From Bacteroidales bacterium (GTDB lineage Bacteria; Bacteroidota; Bacteroidia; Bacteroidales; Muribaculaceae): a DNA stretch of 64,000 nt. The stretch is taken from positions 103,129-167,128 of the forward strand of contig SUXJ01000003.1 in the NCBI GenBank assembly GCA_015061005.1, in the 5' to 3' direction. The notes beneath the pieces were generated by a model, which saw nothing but the letters and a program-made list of their open reading frames with translations, made no database searches and was not told where the DNA came from. Of this stretch, positions 10,002 through 20,400 are shown piece by piece. How positions within the stretch are numbered: position 1 is the stretch's first letter; the number at the start of each line of letters is the position of its first letter. The position numbers were made by a program, and so were the translations under genes.

Positions 10002-10447
10002 CACCTGAAGTATTAAATGCAATAATAATCGGAGGCGCATTGATTTTTTGCCTTGTCGGTTTGGTAGTCGGTATTATCCGTCAGTTGGGGTCGGTTGTGG
10101 CCCTCGTGGCCGGTTTGGTTGCCGGCAGAATGTTTGGCGCAGACGTTGCGGCGCATTTTGATTGGAATGTTTTTGTGTGTTCCGCGGTAGTGGCCATAGT
10201 TGTTTATATCGTGGTCATTCTTGTTGCCAAACTGCTGAGAAAAACTGTTCATAAGCTTATGCTCGGTCCGATTGATCGGTTACTCGGCGCGGCTTTCGGT
10301 GTGATTTTTTGGTTGTTGCTGTCATCTTTGGTTCTTAATTTGTTATTAGTATTTGCACCCGACATGGACTTTTCCGGTTCAACAGCCGGCATGTGGACTC
10401 TGGATTTTTTGCCGTGGATAATCGGGTGTGCCGAACCATATATCTAA
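9998..10447 (+). CDS. CvpA-family membrane protein
   Basis: 149 aa with four predicted TM helices. Its position directly upstream of sufB is the usual one in Bacteroidales. Confidence 0.7.
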   Translation: MTPEVLNAIIIGGALIFCLVGLVVGIIRQLGSVVALVAGLVAGRMFGADVAAHFDWNVFVCSAVVAIVVYIVVILVAKLLRKTVHKLMLGPIDRLLGAAFGVIFWLLLSSLVLNLLLVFAPDMDFSGSTAGMWTLDFLPWIIGCAEPYI

Positions 10448-10456
10448 TAAATTACA

Positions 10457-11911
10457 ATGTCGCAAGATAACGATTCTCTTCGTCAGATTTCAGCTGACAA
10501 TGACGATTATAAGTATGGATTCTTTTCCGAAAGCATTCATACGGAGGTGATACCTGCCGGACTGAATGAGGACGTGATACGTTTGATTTCAGCCAAAAAG
10601 GAAGAGCCGGAATGGCTTCTTGAATTTCGCCTTAAGGCATATCGCCACTGGTTAACTTTGGAGCCGCCAACATGGGCTCATTTAGAGATCCCGCCGATTG
10701 ATTTCCAATCTATCAGTTACTATGCCGCTCCGACTCAAAAGGTTGCCCCTAAGAGTCTTGATGAAGTGGACCCGGAGATTTTGGACACATTTAACCGTTT
10801 GGGAATTCCGTTGGAAGAGCAGAAAGCATTGAGCGGTATGGCCGTAGATGCAGTGATGGATTCAGTGTCGGTAAAGACGACTCATCAGGCAAAATTGGCG
10901 GAATTGGGCATAGTTTTTTGTTCATTTTCCGAGGCGGTTAAAGAACATCCGGAGTTGGTGAAAAAATACTTGGGCAAAGTGGTGAGCTATGCCGATAATT
11001 TTTATGCCGCCCTGAATTCGGCAGTTTTTTCCGACGGCTCATTTGTGTATATTCCCAAGGGCGTAAGGTGTCCGATGGAGTTGAGTACGTATTTCAGAAT
11101 CAATGCAGCCGGCACCGGGCAGTTTGAGCGAACGCTTATAGTGGCTGATGATGATGCATACGTAAGTTATTTGGAGGGGTGTACGGCACCTCGTCGAGAT
11201 GAGAATCAGCTTCATGCCGCCATTGTTGAAATCATTTGTGAGGAGCGTGCTGAAGTGAAATACAGCACGGTTCAAAACTGGTATGCCGGAGATAAGGACG
11301 GCAAAGGCGGAGTATATAATTTTGTGACCAAGCGCGGTTTGTGTAGGGGCGATAATTCGAAGATTTCGTGGACTCAAGTAGAAACCGGGTCAAGCATAAC
11401 GTGGAAATATCCGAGTTGTATACTTAAAGGGAATGGCTCAATCGGAGAATTTTACAGTGTTGCCGTTACTCGCCATTATCAGCAGGCCGATACGGGCACG
11501 AAAATGATACATTTGGGCAGTAATACGAAGTCAACAATCGTGAGTAAGGGTATTTCTGCCGGTAAGAGTCAGAACTCTTATCGCGGTCAGGTTATGGTAG
11601 CGGCAAATGCTGAAAACTGCCGGAATCACACGCAATGCGATTCGTTGTTGCTTTCGTCGACTTGCGGAGCTCATACGTTCCCTCTGATTGATGTCAAGAA
11701 TCCTACTGCAATAGTTGAACATGAAGCAACGACAAGTAAAATTTCCGCCGACCAACTGTTTTATTGCAATCAGCGAGGCATTCCGACAGAGGAGGCTGTT
11801 GGTTTGATTGTTAACGGCTATGCCAAAGAAGTGATGGCCAAGTTGCCCATGGAGTTTGCAGTAGAGGCCCAAAAATTGCTTGCCATAACGCTTGAAGGTT
11901 CTGTTGGATGA
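10457..11911 (+). CDS. sufB: Fe-S cluster assembly scaffold SufB
   Basis: 484 aa with highly conserved SufB blocks ([50 protein letters not shown]). Confidence 0.95.
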   Translation: MSQDNDSLRQISADNDDYKYGFFSESIHTEVIPAGLNEDVIRLISAKKEEPEWLLEFRLKAYRHWLTLEPPTWAHLEIPPIDFQSISYYAAPTQKVAPKSLDEVDPEILDTFNRLGIPLEEQKALSGMAVDAVMDSVSVKTTHQAKLAELGIVFCSFSEAVKEHPELVKKYLGKVVSYADNFYAALNSAVFSDGSFVYIPKGVRCPMELSTYFRINAAGTGQFERTLIVADDDAYVSYLEGCTAPRRDENQLHAAIVEIICEERAEVKYSTVQNWYAGDKDGKGGVYNFVTKRGLCRGDNSKISWTQVETGSSITWKYPSCILKGNGSIGEFYSVAVTRHYQQADTGTKMIHLGSNTKSTIVSKGISAGKSQNSYRGQVMVAANAENCRNHTQCDSLLLSSTCGAHTFPLIDVKNPTAIVEHEATTSKISADQLFYCNQRGIPTEEAVGLIVNGYAKEVMAKLPMEFAVEAQKLLAITLEGSVG

Positions 11912-13062
11912 AACTGTTACTGCGCATACTCATTGCTATTGTTTTAGGCATAGGTTCCGGCTATGTAATGCCCGAATGGGGCGGACGCCTCTTTATGACG
12001 TTTAACGGGATTTTTTCTCAGTTTTTGGGATTTCTGATTCCGTTGTTGATATTGGGCTTTGTTGCTCCGGCTATTGGAGAATTAGGAGCTAAAGCCGGAA
12101 AAATGTTGGTGATAACCGGGGTGATTGCCTACGGGATGACGTTTGCTTCAGGAATGTTTGCCTATGGCGTTGGCGCATGGTCCTTTCCGAGGTTAATTGC
12201 CGGGGGCTCAGCTGCTCAAAATGCCTTGAGTGATACATCATCGGCTGGAGGAATGACTCCGTATTTCAGCGTGGATATGCCTCCGCTATTCGGTGTGATG
12301 TCGGCACTTGTCCTTGCGTTTGTTGTAGGCCTTGGCATTGCCTATACCAATTCAACTGCGTTGCGACGAGGTTTTGCCGAGTTTCGTCAGATCATAAACC
12401 GGACCATTATGGCAGTGATTATACCGTTGCTACCGGTTTATATCTTCGGCATTTTTATGAATATGACCATTGAAGGTCAGGTGGGACGAGTGTTGTCGGC
12501 GTTTGTCAGTATAATAGCCGTCGTGTTCGTGCTTCATGTGGCGTTATTGTTGGTGCAGTTTTGTATTGCCGGATTAGTTACCAAGCGCAATCCGTTGCGG
12601 TTACTTTATAAGATGCTTCCGGCCTATGTTACGGCCTTGGGCACACAGAGTTCTGCAGCAACTATTCCTGTTACGCTGCGTCAAGTTAAATCCCTCGGAG
12701 TGAATGATTCCGTGAGTGGATTTGTCGTTCCGCTATGTGCCACCATCCACATGTCGGGTTCTGCCATGAAGATAACGGCCTGTGCATTGGCTTTGATGAT
12801 AATGCAAGGACTGCCGTGGGCAACGGGAGAATTTGCGGGATTCGTGGCAATGTTGGGGATTACCATTGTTGCCGCTCCGGGAGTGCCCGGCGGTGCGATT
12901 ATGGCATCATTAGGATTGCTGGGTACGATGCTCGGATTTACGGAGGCGGACAATGCTTTGATGATTGCGCTCTATATTGCAATGGACTCCTTCGGGACGG
13001 CATGTAACGTTACCGGCGATGGAGCAGTGGCGTTAATCGTCAATCGAATTTTTGCCAAATAG
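11908..13062 (+). CDS. Dicarboxylate/amino acid:cation symporter (DAACS/SDF family, SstT/TcyP-like)
   Basis: 384 aa polytopic protein with SDF family blocks ([27 protein letters not shown]). Its start overlaps the sufB stop (ATGA). Confidence 0.85.
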   Translation: MKLLLRILIAIVLGIGSGYVMPEWGGRLFMTFNGIFSQFLGFLIPLLILGFVAPAIGELGAKAGKMLVITGVIAYGMTFASGMFAYGVGAWSFPRLIAGGSAAQNALSDTSSAGGMTPYFSVDMPPLFGVMSALVLAFVVGLGIAYTNSTALRRGFAEFRQIINRTIMAVIIPLLPVYIFGIFMNMTIEGQVGRVLSAFVSIIAVVFVLHVALLLVQFCIAGLVTKRNPLRLLYKMLPAYVTALGTQSSAATIPVTLRQVKSLGVNDSVSGFVVPLCATIHMSGSAMKITACALALMIMQGLPWATGEFAGFVAMLGITIVAAPGVPGGAIMASLGLLGTMLGFTEADNALMIALYIAMDSFGTACNVTGDGAVALIVNRIFAK

Positions 13063-13705
13063 CCAAGCGCGAGCGGATATAAGAGGCAACGAGTTCGGCT
13101 ATTTGCTCCATTGGGAGCAGAGAGGAGTTGATTGTGAGGTCGTAAGTTGATGCCGCTCCCCAAGTGCGATCCGTGTAGAAGTTATAGTAGCTTGCTCGCA
13201 GTTTGTTGATTTTTCGGCACAGAGCTTTAGCTTTATCATCGCAATCTTTGTCTCCTCGGCCAATTATACGCTTTATGCACGCTTCTTCAGGAGCATGCAC
13301 AAAGATGCTTATACAACGGGGATGGTCGCGCAAGACATAGTCGGCTGTGCGTCCGACGATTATGCAGCTTTTAGTGGCACCAAGTTCGCGAATCATATCG
13401 CTTTGAGCGCGATATACCATGTCGTCTCCGACATATCCTCCAATTGTTCCTGCTCCAAAGAGGCTCATGCCTATGCCTATGGCTCCGGACAGCATTGACG
13501 GCGTGCGTTCGTCGTCGCGTTCGAATATTTCAGGGAGAAGTCCGGATTTTTTTGCAGCGTCCAATAGCAGGCGTTTGTCGTAGAAGTCCACGTTGAGTTT
13601 TTCGGCCAGCAATTTGCCGAGTTCGCGTCCGCCGCTACCCATTTGGCGACCTATGGTGATGACGAAGTTATTATTGTTTTTCATCGATGGCGGCTTTGAG
13701 ATCAA
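13040..13705 (-). CDS. Cytidylate-kinase-like family protein (P-loop NTPase)
   Basis: N-terminal ITIGRQMGSGGRELGKLLA motif. An alternative start at 13684 (MKNNNNF) is possible. Its 3' end overlaps the convergent transporter by 23 nt. Confidence 0.65.
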   Translation of the reverse strand: MISKPPSMKNNNNFVITIGRQMGSGGRELGKLLAEKLNVDFYDKRLLLDAAKKSGLLPEIFERDDERTPSMLSGAIGIGMSLFGAGTIGGYVGDDMVYRAQSDMIRELGATKSCIIVGRTADYVLRDHPRCISIFVHAPEEACIKRIIGRGDKDCDDKAKALCRKINKLRASYYNFYTDRTWGAASTYDLTINSSLLPMEQIAELVASYIRSRLAIWQKFD

Positions 13706-14858
13706 GCAAAGCTTGGTGAATTATTTTTCGAGGGAAACCAACGTTGAACCGCATGTGTCCGAATCCTTCGGTGCCAAACATTATGCCGTCGTTCAAAGCT
13801 AATTTGGCTTTTTTGACGAATAGGTCAACGAGTTCTTTTTGCTGTAATCCCAATTCGCGGCAGTCGAGCCAAATCAGGAATGACGCTTGGGGGCGCAGCG
13901 GTTTAATCTGAGGAAGATTTGTGCGACAAAATTCTTCAACGAAGCGAATGTTGTCTTCAACGTATGTCAGCATCCTTTTTCTCCATTCTTCACCTTCGGG
14001 CGTGAATGCGGCAATTGTGGCAATCGGAGCGAAGATGTCAGGATGATTGAATTCATTTGCTTCCAACCAGCCGAAGAATTTTTTGCGTATTTCCGGATTG
14101 GGGACTATTGCGTAGGAGCTGACAATGCCTGCAATGTTAAAGGTCTTTGACGGGGCTTGGAATGTGATGGAGCAGTTTGCCGCCGTTTCGCTGACAGAGG
14201 CAAACGGTATGTGTTTCTTTCCCCACAGAGCCATGTCGCAGTGAATCTCATCGGATATTACAATGATTCCGCGTTCTGAGCAGAAGTTTGCAATTTTTTC
14301 AAGAGTTTCACGCGGCCATAGTATTCCGGCAGGATTGTGAGGATTGCAAAGAATCAGCAGCTTGCACTTCTCGTCGGCTACCTTTTCAAGGTTTTCAAAA
14401 TCAATGTCGTAGGAGCCGTCGGGCAGTTCTTTCAGGGGGTTGAATACGACTTGGCGAGCATTCGCGCGAGGAACGAGGCGGAATGGGTGATATACGGGTG
14501 GTTGAATGATGATTTTTTCGTCTTTCTCAACGAAAACGTTGATTACCATTCCGATACCTTTTACGATGCCGGGTATATACGTGAGCCACTCCGGTTGAAT
14601 TTCCCAATTGTGGCGTTCCTTTACCCAATTGACCAAACAGGGGCGATAGTTGCAACTTTCAGCGGTGTACCCGAAGATAGGGTGATCAAGCCTGCGACGC
14701 ATTGCATCGATAATGAAATTTGGAGTGGCAAAACCATTGTCGGCAATCCAGAAGGGATGAAGGTTAGGGTCTCCGAAATTTTGTTTAAGCAGTTCGAGTG
14801 CCATGGCACACGTGCCGGTTCGGTCGATAATGCGGTCAAATTCGCAATCGGGTTGCAT
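13671..14858 (-). CDS. PatB/MalY-type PLP-dependent C-S lyase (cystathionine beta-lyase family)
   Basis: 395 aa, aminotransferase class I/II fold, PLP-lysine context APSKTFNIAG, and an N-terminal FDRIIDRTGT motif typical of PatB/MalY. Confidence 0.85.
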   Translation of the reverse strand: MQPDCEFDRIIDRTGTCAMALELLKQNFGDPNLHPFWIADNGFATPNFIIDAMRRRLDHPIFGYTAESCNYRPCLVNWVKERHNWEIQPEWLTYIPGIVKGIGMVINVFVEKDEKIIIQPPVYHPFRLVPRANARQVVFNPLKELPDGSYDIDFENLEKVADEKCKLLILCNPHNPAGILWPRETLEKIANFCSERGIIVISDEIHCDMALWGKKHIPFASVSETAANCSITFQAPSKTFNIAGIVSSYAIVPNPEIRKKFFGWLEANEFNHPDIFAPIATIAAFTPEGEEWRKRMLTYVEDNIRFVEEFCRTNLPQIKPLRPQASFLIWLDCRELGLQQKELVDLFVKKAKLALNDGIMFGTEGFGHMRFNVGFPRKIIHQALLDLKAAIDEKQ

Positions 14859-16273
14859 TAGTTCAGCTGTTGTTTGGAGAATGTGAGTTTGATTTTTGCG
14901 CCCTCGGGCTTCAGTTCCACCATTGTTGGTACGGCTGTCAGCGGAGCAACACCACTGAGGGTTTCCGTTGTGGTATAGTCGTAATAATAATATGAGGAAC
15001 TGTTGCTTTCGGTGACAGTGGAAATCGGAGTGATTGTAAAGGTGAAATCTTCAGCAGACAGAGTTTCCTTTTCAAGCATTTTGAGGAGGTATCCGCGCAT
15101 GTCGCCGAAATTGTATGTCATGGTTTCCGGGTCGAGCGTTCCGATAAATGACGTTATATTGTCGGGCAGTTTATTTTCGGCAAAGAATTTGTCTTTTTCA
15201 TTTGAGGGAACAAGCAGGAGGTATGCCGGAGGGTTGATGCCTCGATTATTTGCGATTGAGTCGGCCGGGATTGTGAATGTCATCGTGTTGATGACGGAGA
15301 GTACCGATTGAGTCGCATTGCGATAAGTGTCGAGAATCTCCCGGGTCGGGAATGTCAATTCAACATCGCGGCCTGCTGGGCTGACAATGACAGATTTGCC
15401 GGCGTCGGCCATCTGAGTGATATTGTCAGACATTTGCAGCGAAATATTAGTGTTTGAGATGACTTCAGGCGCAGTGGCCATGCAGTAGGCGAAATGGTTG
15501 GTCAAAGAGTCTACTTCAACCCCCTGCGAGTTAGTGAGTTTCTGCGTTTTATGGTAGAACATCACCACTCGTGCATTGTTGATGCGAGTAACACGTCCGC
15601 TACCGAATGTGTTTTTTACGTATATGCCGGGAAAGTATTCGCTGAATGCGTAGGGGTCATTAAACAATAGCGGGTCTTCCTTATACTTATTGAAAATGGT
15701 TACGCCGAAATCGCGAGGTAAGGTGGCGTAGGCGTAGCGATAGGCGCTGGCAGCCACGGTGTCGTTAACACTGATGCCCACAGCGGTGAACACTCCGGAG
15801 CCGATGGGGCGAGATGCGTCATAATAACCGGTGGGGTCGAAATCGGAATATATCGGGTAGGGGAGAGCCTTATTGAGCGGATAGACTTCCATGCCGATAA
15901 GAGCAAGAGAGTCACCCACGAATCCGTCTTTGTCGAATACCAATTGCAGTTTGATTGAATCAATTTCGGCAGCAGTGACTCCAATCGTGTCAATGTTGTT
16001 AGACGGGAAGAGTTGTGCCTCGAAATCGGCATGCAAAACGCCATATTCCGGAGCTTGAATCGCTCCGAGAAGTTGGGTTGTGGTTCGCGCTTGCACTTTA
16101 TTGCTGATAATCGATTGAGATTGAACCACAAATGATGAGTCGATAATTACAGTGAAATTATCGTTTATCAATGAACTTCCCGGCACTTCGGTGAGGTCGG
16201 AGTCTTGCTCGCATGCCGTAAATCCGGCCAAGATGCCAAGGGATGCAATTGCTGTCAGAAAGAGTTTTTTCAT
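14858..16273 (-). CDS. DUF4270-like lipoprotein
   Basis: 471 aa with lipobox LAGFTAC. Its conserved position downstream of the short GlgA-like gene is the main support. The family assignment comes from recollection of that gene pair, not from a search. Confidence 0.55.
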   Translation of the reverse strand: MKKLFLTAIASLGILAGFTACEQDSDLTEVPGSSLINDNFTVIIDSSFVVQSQSIISNKVQARTTTQLLGAIQAPEYGVLHADFEAQLFPSNNIDTIGVTAAEIDSIKLQLVFDKDGFVGDSLALIGMEVYPLNKALPYPIYSDFDPTGYYDASRPIGSGVFTAVGISVNDTVAASAYRYAYATLPRDFGVTIFNKYKEDPLLFNDPYAFSEYFPGIYVKNTFGSGRVTRINNARVVMFYHKTQKLTNSQGVEVDSLTNHFAYCMATAPEVISNTNISLQMSDNITQMADAGKSVIVSPAGRDVELTFPTREILDTYRNATQSVLSVINTMTFTIPADSIANNRGINPPAYLLLVPSNEKDKFFAENKLPDNITSFIGTLDPETMTYNFGDMRGYLLKMLEKETLSAEDFTFTITPISTVTESNSSSYYYYDYTTTETLSGVAPLTAVPTMVELKPEGAKIKLTFSKQQLN

Positions 16274-17100
16274 TTCTGTGGGTTAAGAATAGAGTCGTAG
16301 AAGTCCACCAAGGCACTACCGTTTTCGTCAAGGTTCCCGGGTATTTTAATGAATGGTTTGCCGGATTTCTCCGCATATTCAAGCAATTCCGGGTTTACTG
16401 ATTCATCAGTTGCAATGATTGCATCGGCGTGGTCAATGGCAAGACGATTCAGTGCTATGTGGTTGATTTCTTTATTTTTGATAGAGGCGAGGCTACGGTC
16501 GGATATGCCATCGGTGCGCAATTGTTTGTAAACTTGCTGATTGAGCGACATTGGCAATGTTGCTTCATCAGAAGTCAGGGTATAAACTATTTTTGCTTTT
16601 CGGAATGCGGGTTCATCATTGAACACCTTTTTCAGATAAGCCGGAGTCAGCGCGGTGAGCCACCCCGAGCAGTGTATAATAGCCGGCTCCCAACGCAATT
16701 TCTTAACGGTTTCGGCTACGCCTCTGACAAAGAAAATGGCGCGTTCACCATTGTCTTGCGCGTGAATGGTCGTTTCCAAGGCGGGAACGGGATGGCGCTC
16801 AAAATAATCATCGTTGTCAATGAAATAAACTTGCATTCGGGTAGCTTGCATGGTTGCTACTTTTATGACCAATGGGTGGTCGGTGTCGTCGATTACAATG
16901 TTTATCCCTGTAAGGCGTTGAACTTCATGTAGTTGGTTGCGGCGTTCATTGATGTTTCCATATTTGGGCATAAACAAGCGCACCTCATATCCGGCCTCTT
17001 GAGCCTTTCGTGTCATTGAGGCTGAAAGGTCTGCCAAAGGTGAGGAAGGGAGGTAGGGCGTTGCTTCCTGCGATATGAAAAGCATTTTAGGTTGACTCAT
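16270..17100 (-). CDS. Short glycogen/starch-synthase-like protein (GT5 N-terminal domain only)
   Basis: 276 aa. The N-terminus MLFISQEATPY...FMPKYG resembles the GlgA catalytic-domain start. Confidence 0.75.
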   Translation of the reverse strand: MSQPKMLFISQEATPYLPSSPLADLSASMTRKAQEAGYEVRLFMPKYGNINERRNQLHEVQRLTGINIVIDDTDHPLVIKVATMQATRMQVYFIDNDDYFERHPVPALETTIHAQDNGERAIFFVRGVAETVKKLRWEPAIIHCSGWLTALTPAYLKKVFNDEPAFRKAKIVYTLTSDEATLPMSLNQQVYKQLRTDGISDRSLASIKNKEINHIALNRLAIDHADAIIATDESVNPELLEYAEKSGKPFIKIPGNLDENGSALVDFYDSILNPQK

Positions 17101-17153
17101 GAGTGGGTAAATGTTGTTCGAAAAGCTACTTTAAAAATAAAAAAATAATCATG

Positions 17154-17161
17154 CAAAGTTA
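17154..17161 (-). promoter_or_regulatory. -7 box TAACTTTG upstream of the GlgA-like/DUF4270/patB operon
   Basis: Exact match. The surrounding 21 nt are identical to the purB promoter region. Confidence 0.6.
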
Positions 17162-17204
17162 CGAATTTTTTTGCGTAAAACAAAATCGAGGAGTCATTTA
17201 TGAA

Positions 17205-17336
17205 AATTTTGCGCAGTTATTAAGTATTGTTAATGCGTTGTGTGCCAATGGATTACTCCCTCCTGGTGGCTCTAAGGGTTAAATGACGCTGCCGATGTTG
17301 TGAATATTTTGAAAAGTTTTATTAATTTTGCGCAGT
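17205..17336 (+). repeat. Exact 13-nt direct repeat AATTTTGCGCAGT (17205-17217 and 17324-17336)
   Basis: Read directly. The second copy contains the TAATTTTG -7 box. The first contains a one-mismatch version (AAATTTTG). Confidence 0.85.
17323..17330 (+). promoter_or_regulatory. -7 box TAATTTTG upstream of the first giant T9SS gene
   Basis: Exact match about 108 nt upstream of the ATG at 17438. Confidence 0.5.
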
Positions 17337-17437
17337 CGTAATCAATCATCAGTCATTAACGGTAGTGCTTAATGAGGCTCGGATTACTTGTTAATGCTCA
17401 CAAAAACTAAGTAGCCTCCAAACTAAAACAACTATAT

Positions 17438-20400
17438 ATGAGAGAAGTTTGTAAGAAGTTGATTGCATGCTTATTGGTGTTGGTGTCATCAATAGCTGTG
17501 TGCGCACAAGACTTTCCTGTAATTGATGCTCAACGGGTGCAGGAAAGACTTGCAAAGGTAAATCCATCATTCCTTTTGAAGCATCGCAAGGATAACAAAT
17601 CTTTGACGAGTGTTTCTGTCCGTGAAATGAAGAAACCCGCTTCCAATGTGAAAATGGAAGCCGCTGCAGCCGGTGCGCATGTCGAGGGTCTTCAAGTGTT
17701 TAATCTTGATGAACAATACGATACTTGGTGGCAATTCAACCCCGAAACGGTTGAATCGACAGCGTTGTGGCAGAACGACATGATTGGTGGCTACAATTTT
17801 AATGCCGGTTTCGTCAAAGACGGTGTTATTTATGCCGTGACAGCTGAAAACGGATATATTTTAAAGTTTGACCTTGCAACAGGCGTATATCAAGGCTACA
17901 TCTCATTGTATGACTATGATGACTTGATTATACATGCTGCGTATGACAAGGAGAACGATGTTGTTTATTGCTACACTTATGATACCACCGGCGAAGGCAT
18001 GTTGTTCCAAATGTATGATCCGGAGGAACGGACCTATCAGTTGGTAAGAACCGAGGTTGGTGAAGGAACTTTGGCTGAGGATCCGCTCGTTGCGATGGCC
18101 TACAATCCGTTAGATAAATTCCTTTATGGTATTACGCTTTATGGTGAAAACTGGATTAAAATCAATCCGGAGAACGGTGAGTGGCAGGTAATCAAGAAAC
18201 TTGACTTCCAGCCCTCCGGTTATGTTCAGGCAATGGTATATTTGCCCTCTGCATTCGCATTCTCATACGTTGCAGTAGATGTTAATGAAGCGGCTCATCA
18301 TTTGATGATAGAACCGGAAACCGGTAACATTACCTCTCAAACAAGAATGCTTGACGAGGCTGAATATGCAATTTTGTATTGTCCCGATGACGCATTGGCA
18401 AAAGACGCGCCTTTGGCTCCCGTTATAGTTTCGTCTGAATTTGACCCTGTTGCTCTCTCGGGAAAAGTCAAGGTGGCAGTGCCTGACAAGACTTTTGACG
18501 GAACAGAATTGACCGGAACCGTTAAATTGGTGATGACAATTGACGATGCCGAATATTCAACTCAAGAAGTTGCCGTAGGTAGCGAAGTAGAGCTGTCGAT
18601 TGAAAATCAAACCGAGGGTGCTCATAGCTTCAGCGTATATTGCGTATCGGCAACCGGAACAAAAGGCGGAGTGGCTGAACAAGAGTTCTGGATTGGCTTC
18701 GACGTTCCCGCAACTCCCCAAAACGTGGTTCTCACAGAAACCCTAATCACGTGGGATTCGGTAACCGAAGGTCAATACGGTCAGCCGTTGGAAAGCGACG
18801 TAATCACGTATAACGTATATATTGACGGTCAAAAGATAAATGAAGAACCTATCGTCACCAATTCGTATGAGTTGAATCTTGAATACACGGAATTGACGAA
18901 AGTCCGTGCAGAGGTTGAGGCCGTTTGTGGCTCTAAAGTTTCTCAGCGCGGCGTGTCTAATGAAGTGGTTGTGGGTTCATACTCGATTCCTTTGGAATTG
19001 AATATTACACAGGATGTGTTGCCTCTTATCACTGTCGTTGACGCAAACAATGACAACAAAACTTGGAAATGGAATTCAAGTGACAATGTTTTTGAATACT
19101 TGTATAGTTCTTCTAACGATGCCGACGACTGGGCAATTTTACCCAAGACCAAGTTCGCGGAAAGCAATCAATTGTACACAATTAATCTTGACGTTTCATG
19201 CTATAGCCTCTATCCTGAAAAATTTGAAGTAGGTATCAGCAAGACCGGCAAAGTTGAGGATATGGTAATCGTGGTTCCCGAAACTCAGGTTGCGTCAGAT
19301 GATGTTATAACTCTCGGCGGTCAATTTAAACTGGATGAAGCCGGCGAATACTATATCGGTATTCATGCTATTTCCGATGCTGACTGCTATTACCTGAGAC
19401 TCACCAAGGTAACTGCAACCATGGCTGAAGCACCTAAGACTGTGCCGGCGGCTTGCGCGGAAATTGTTGCTACTGCCGCTGAATATGGTGAGTTGGCAGC
19501 TACCGTTGAATTTACAATGCCTGCTCTTGACCTCAACGGCGAAACATTGGAGAGCGAAAAAGATATTACCGTAAGCTTGGTGTCAAACGTTGAAACAGTA
19601 ACCGTTACCGGAAAGCCCGGCGAGCGCGTTTCAGGCGTAGTCAAGACCGAACAGGGCACAAATATCATCAAGGTTGTTCCTGAAAATGAATATGGTGTCG
19701 GAGTGGAAAGTTCCGTAACAGTATATACCGGTGTTGATGTTCCTCTTCCCGCAAAGTTGACCTCGGTAAGAGTTAGCGAAGATAACCGTACGGTAACATT
19801 CTCTTGGGAAACGACTACCGAAGGTAAGAATGGCGGTTTTGTGGATCCTGCGTTTGTGACCTATAAGATTTTGATTTACTATCCCGAACAAAATTATTGG
19901 TTCTTGGAAGCAGATTGTGAAACTACCGAATACTCATATACCGTTGAAGAAGGTGCTTCATTGCGTACCGTTAGCCTTGCAGTTACTTCGCTGAATGCAG
20001 CAGGCTATATGGAAGAAGGCCCGATGGTAATCTCTTCTCTGGGAGCCCCTCACGAAATTCCTATGGTGGAATTGTTTGAGAACCAAGAATTGACCTATGC
20101 GCCCTTGACGATTGAACGTCCCTCGGAAGAATGTTCCGGTTCATGGGACATCGTAAGTCCTTCGGCATTCGTTGTCGGTGCCGCCAATGAATCAGCGGCA
20201 GCTTTGAGAGGATTTGCAACTCAGGACGGAAATTCATTCGCACAGATTGCCCTCCCGAAATTCAATCCGCAAACCAACGACGAAGTTATGGTTAAAGTGA
20301 GAGCATACATCTATGGCGGCATGCCCGACGCTGAAGTGTTCGCACGCGGATATCAAGATTCTTATCTTCTTGGAACAATCTCGAAGGACGGTCGTGAAGA

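Noticed and set aside
17200-17223. 7-codon micro-ORF MKILRSY with an upstream GAGGAG, considered as a leader peptide.
   Set aside because: It is too short to evaluate, Bacteroidota make little use of Shine-Dalgarno pairing, and no attenuator structure follows it. I kept it only as a detail within the promoter-duplication finding.
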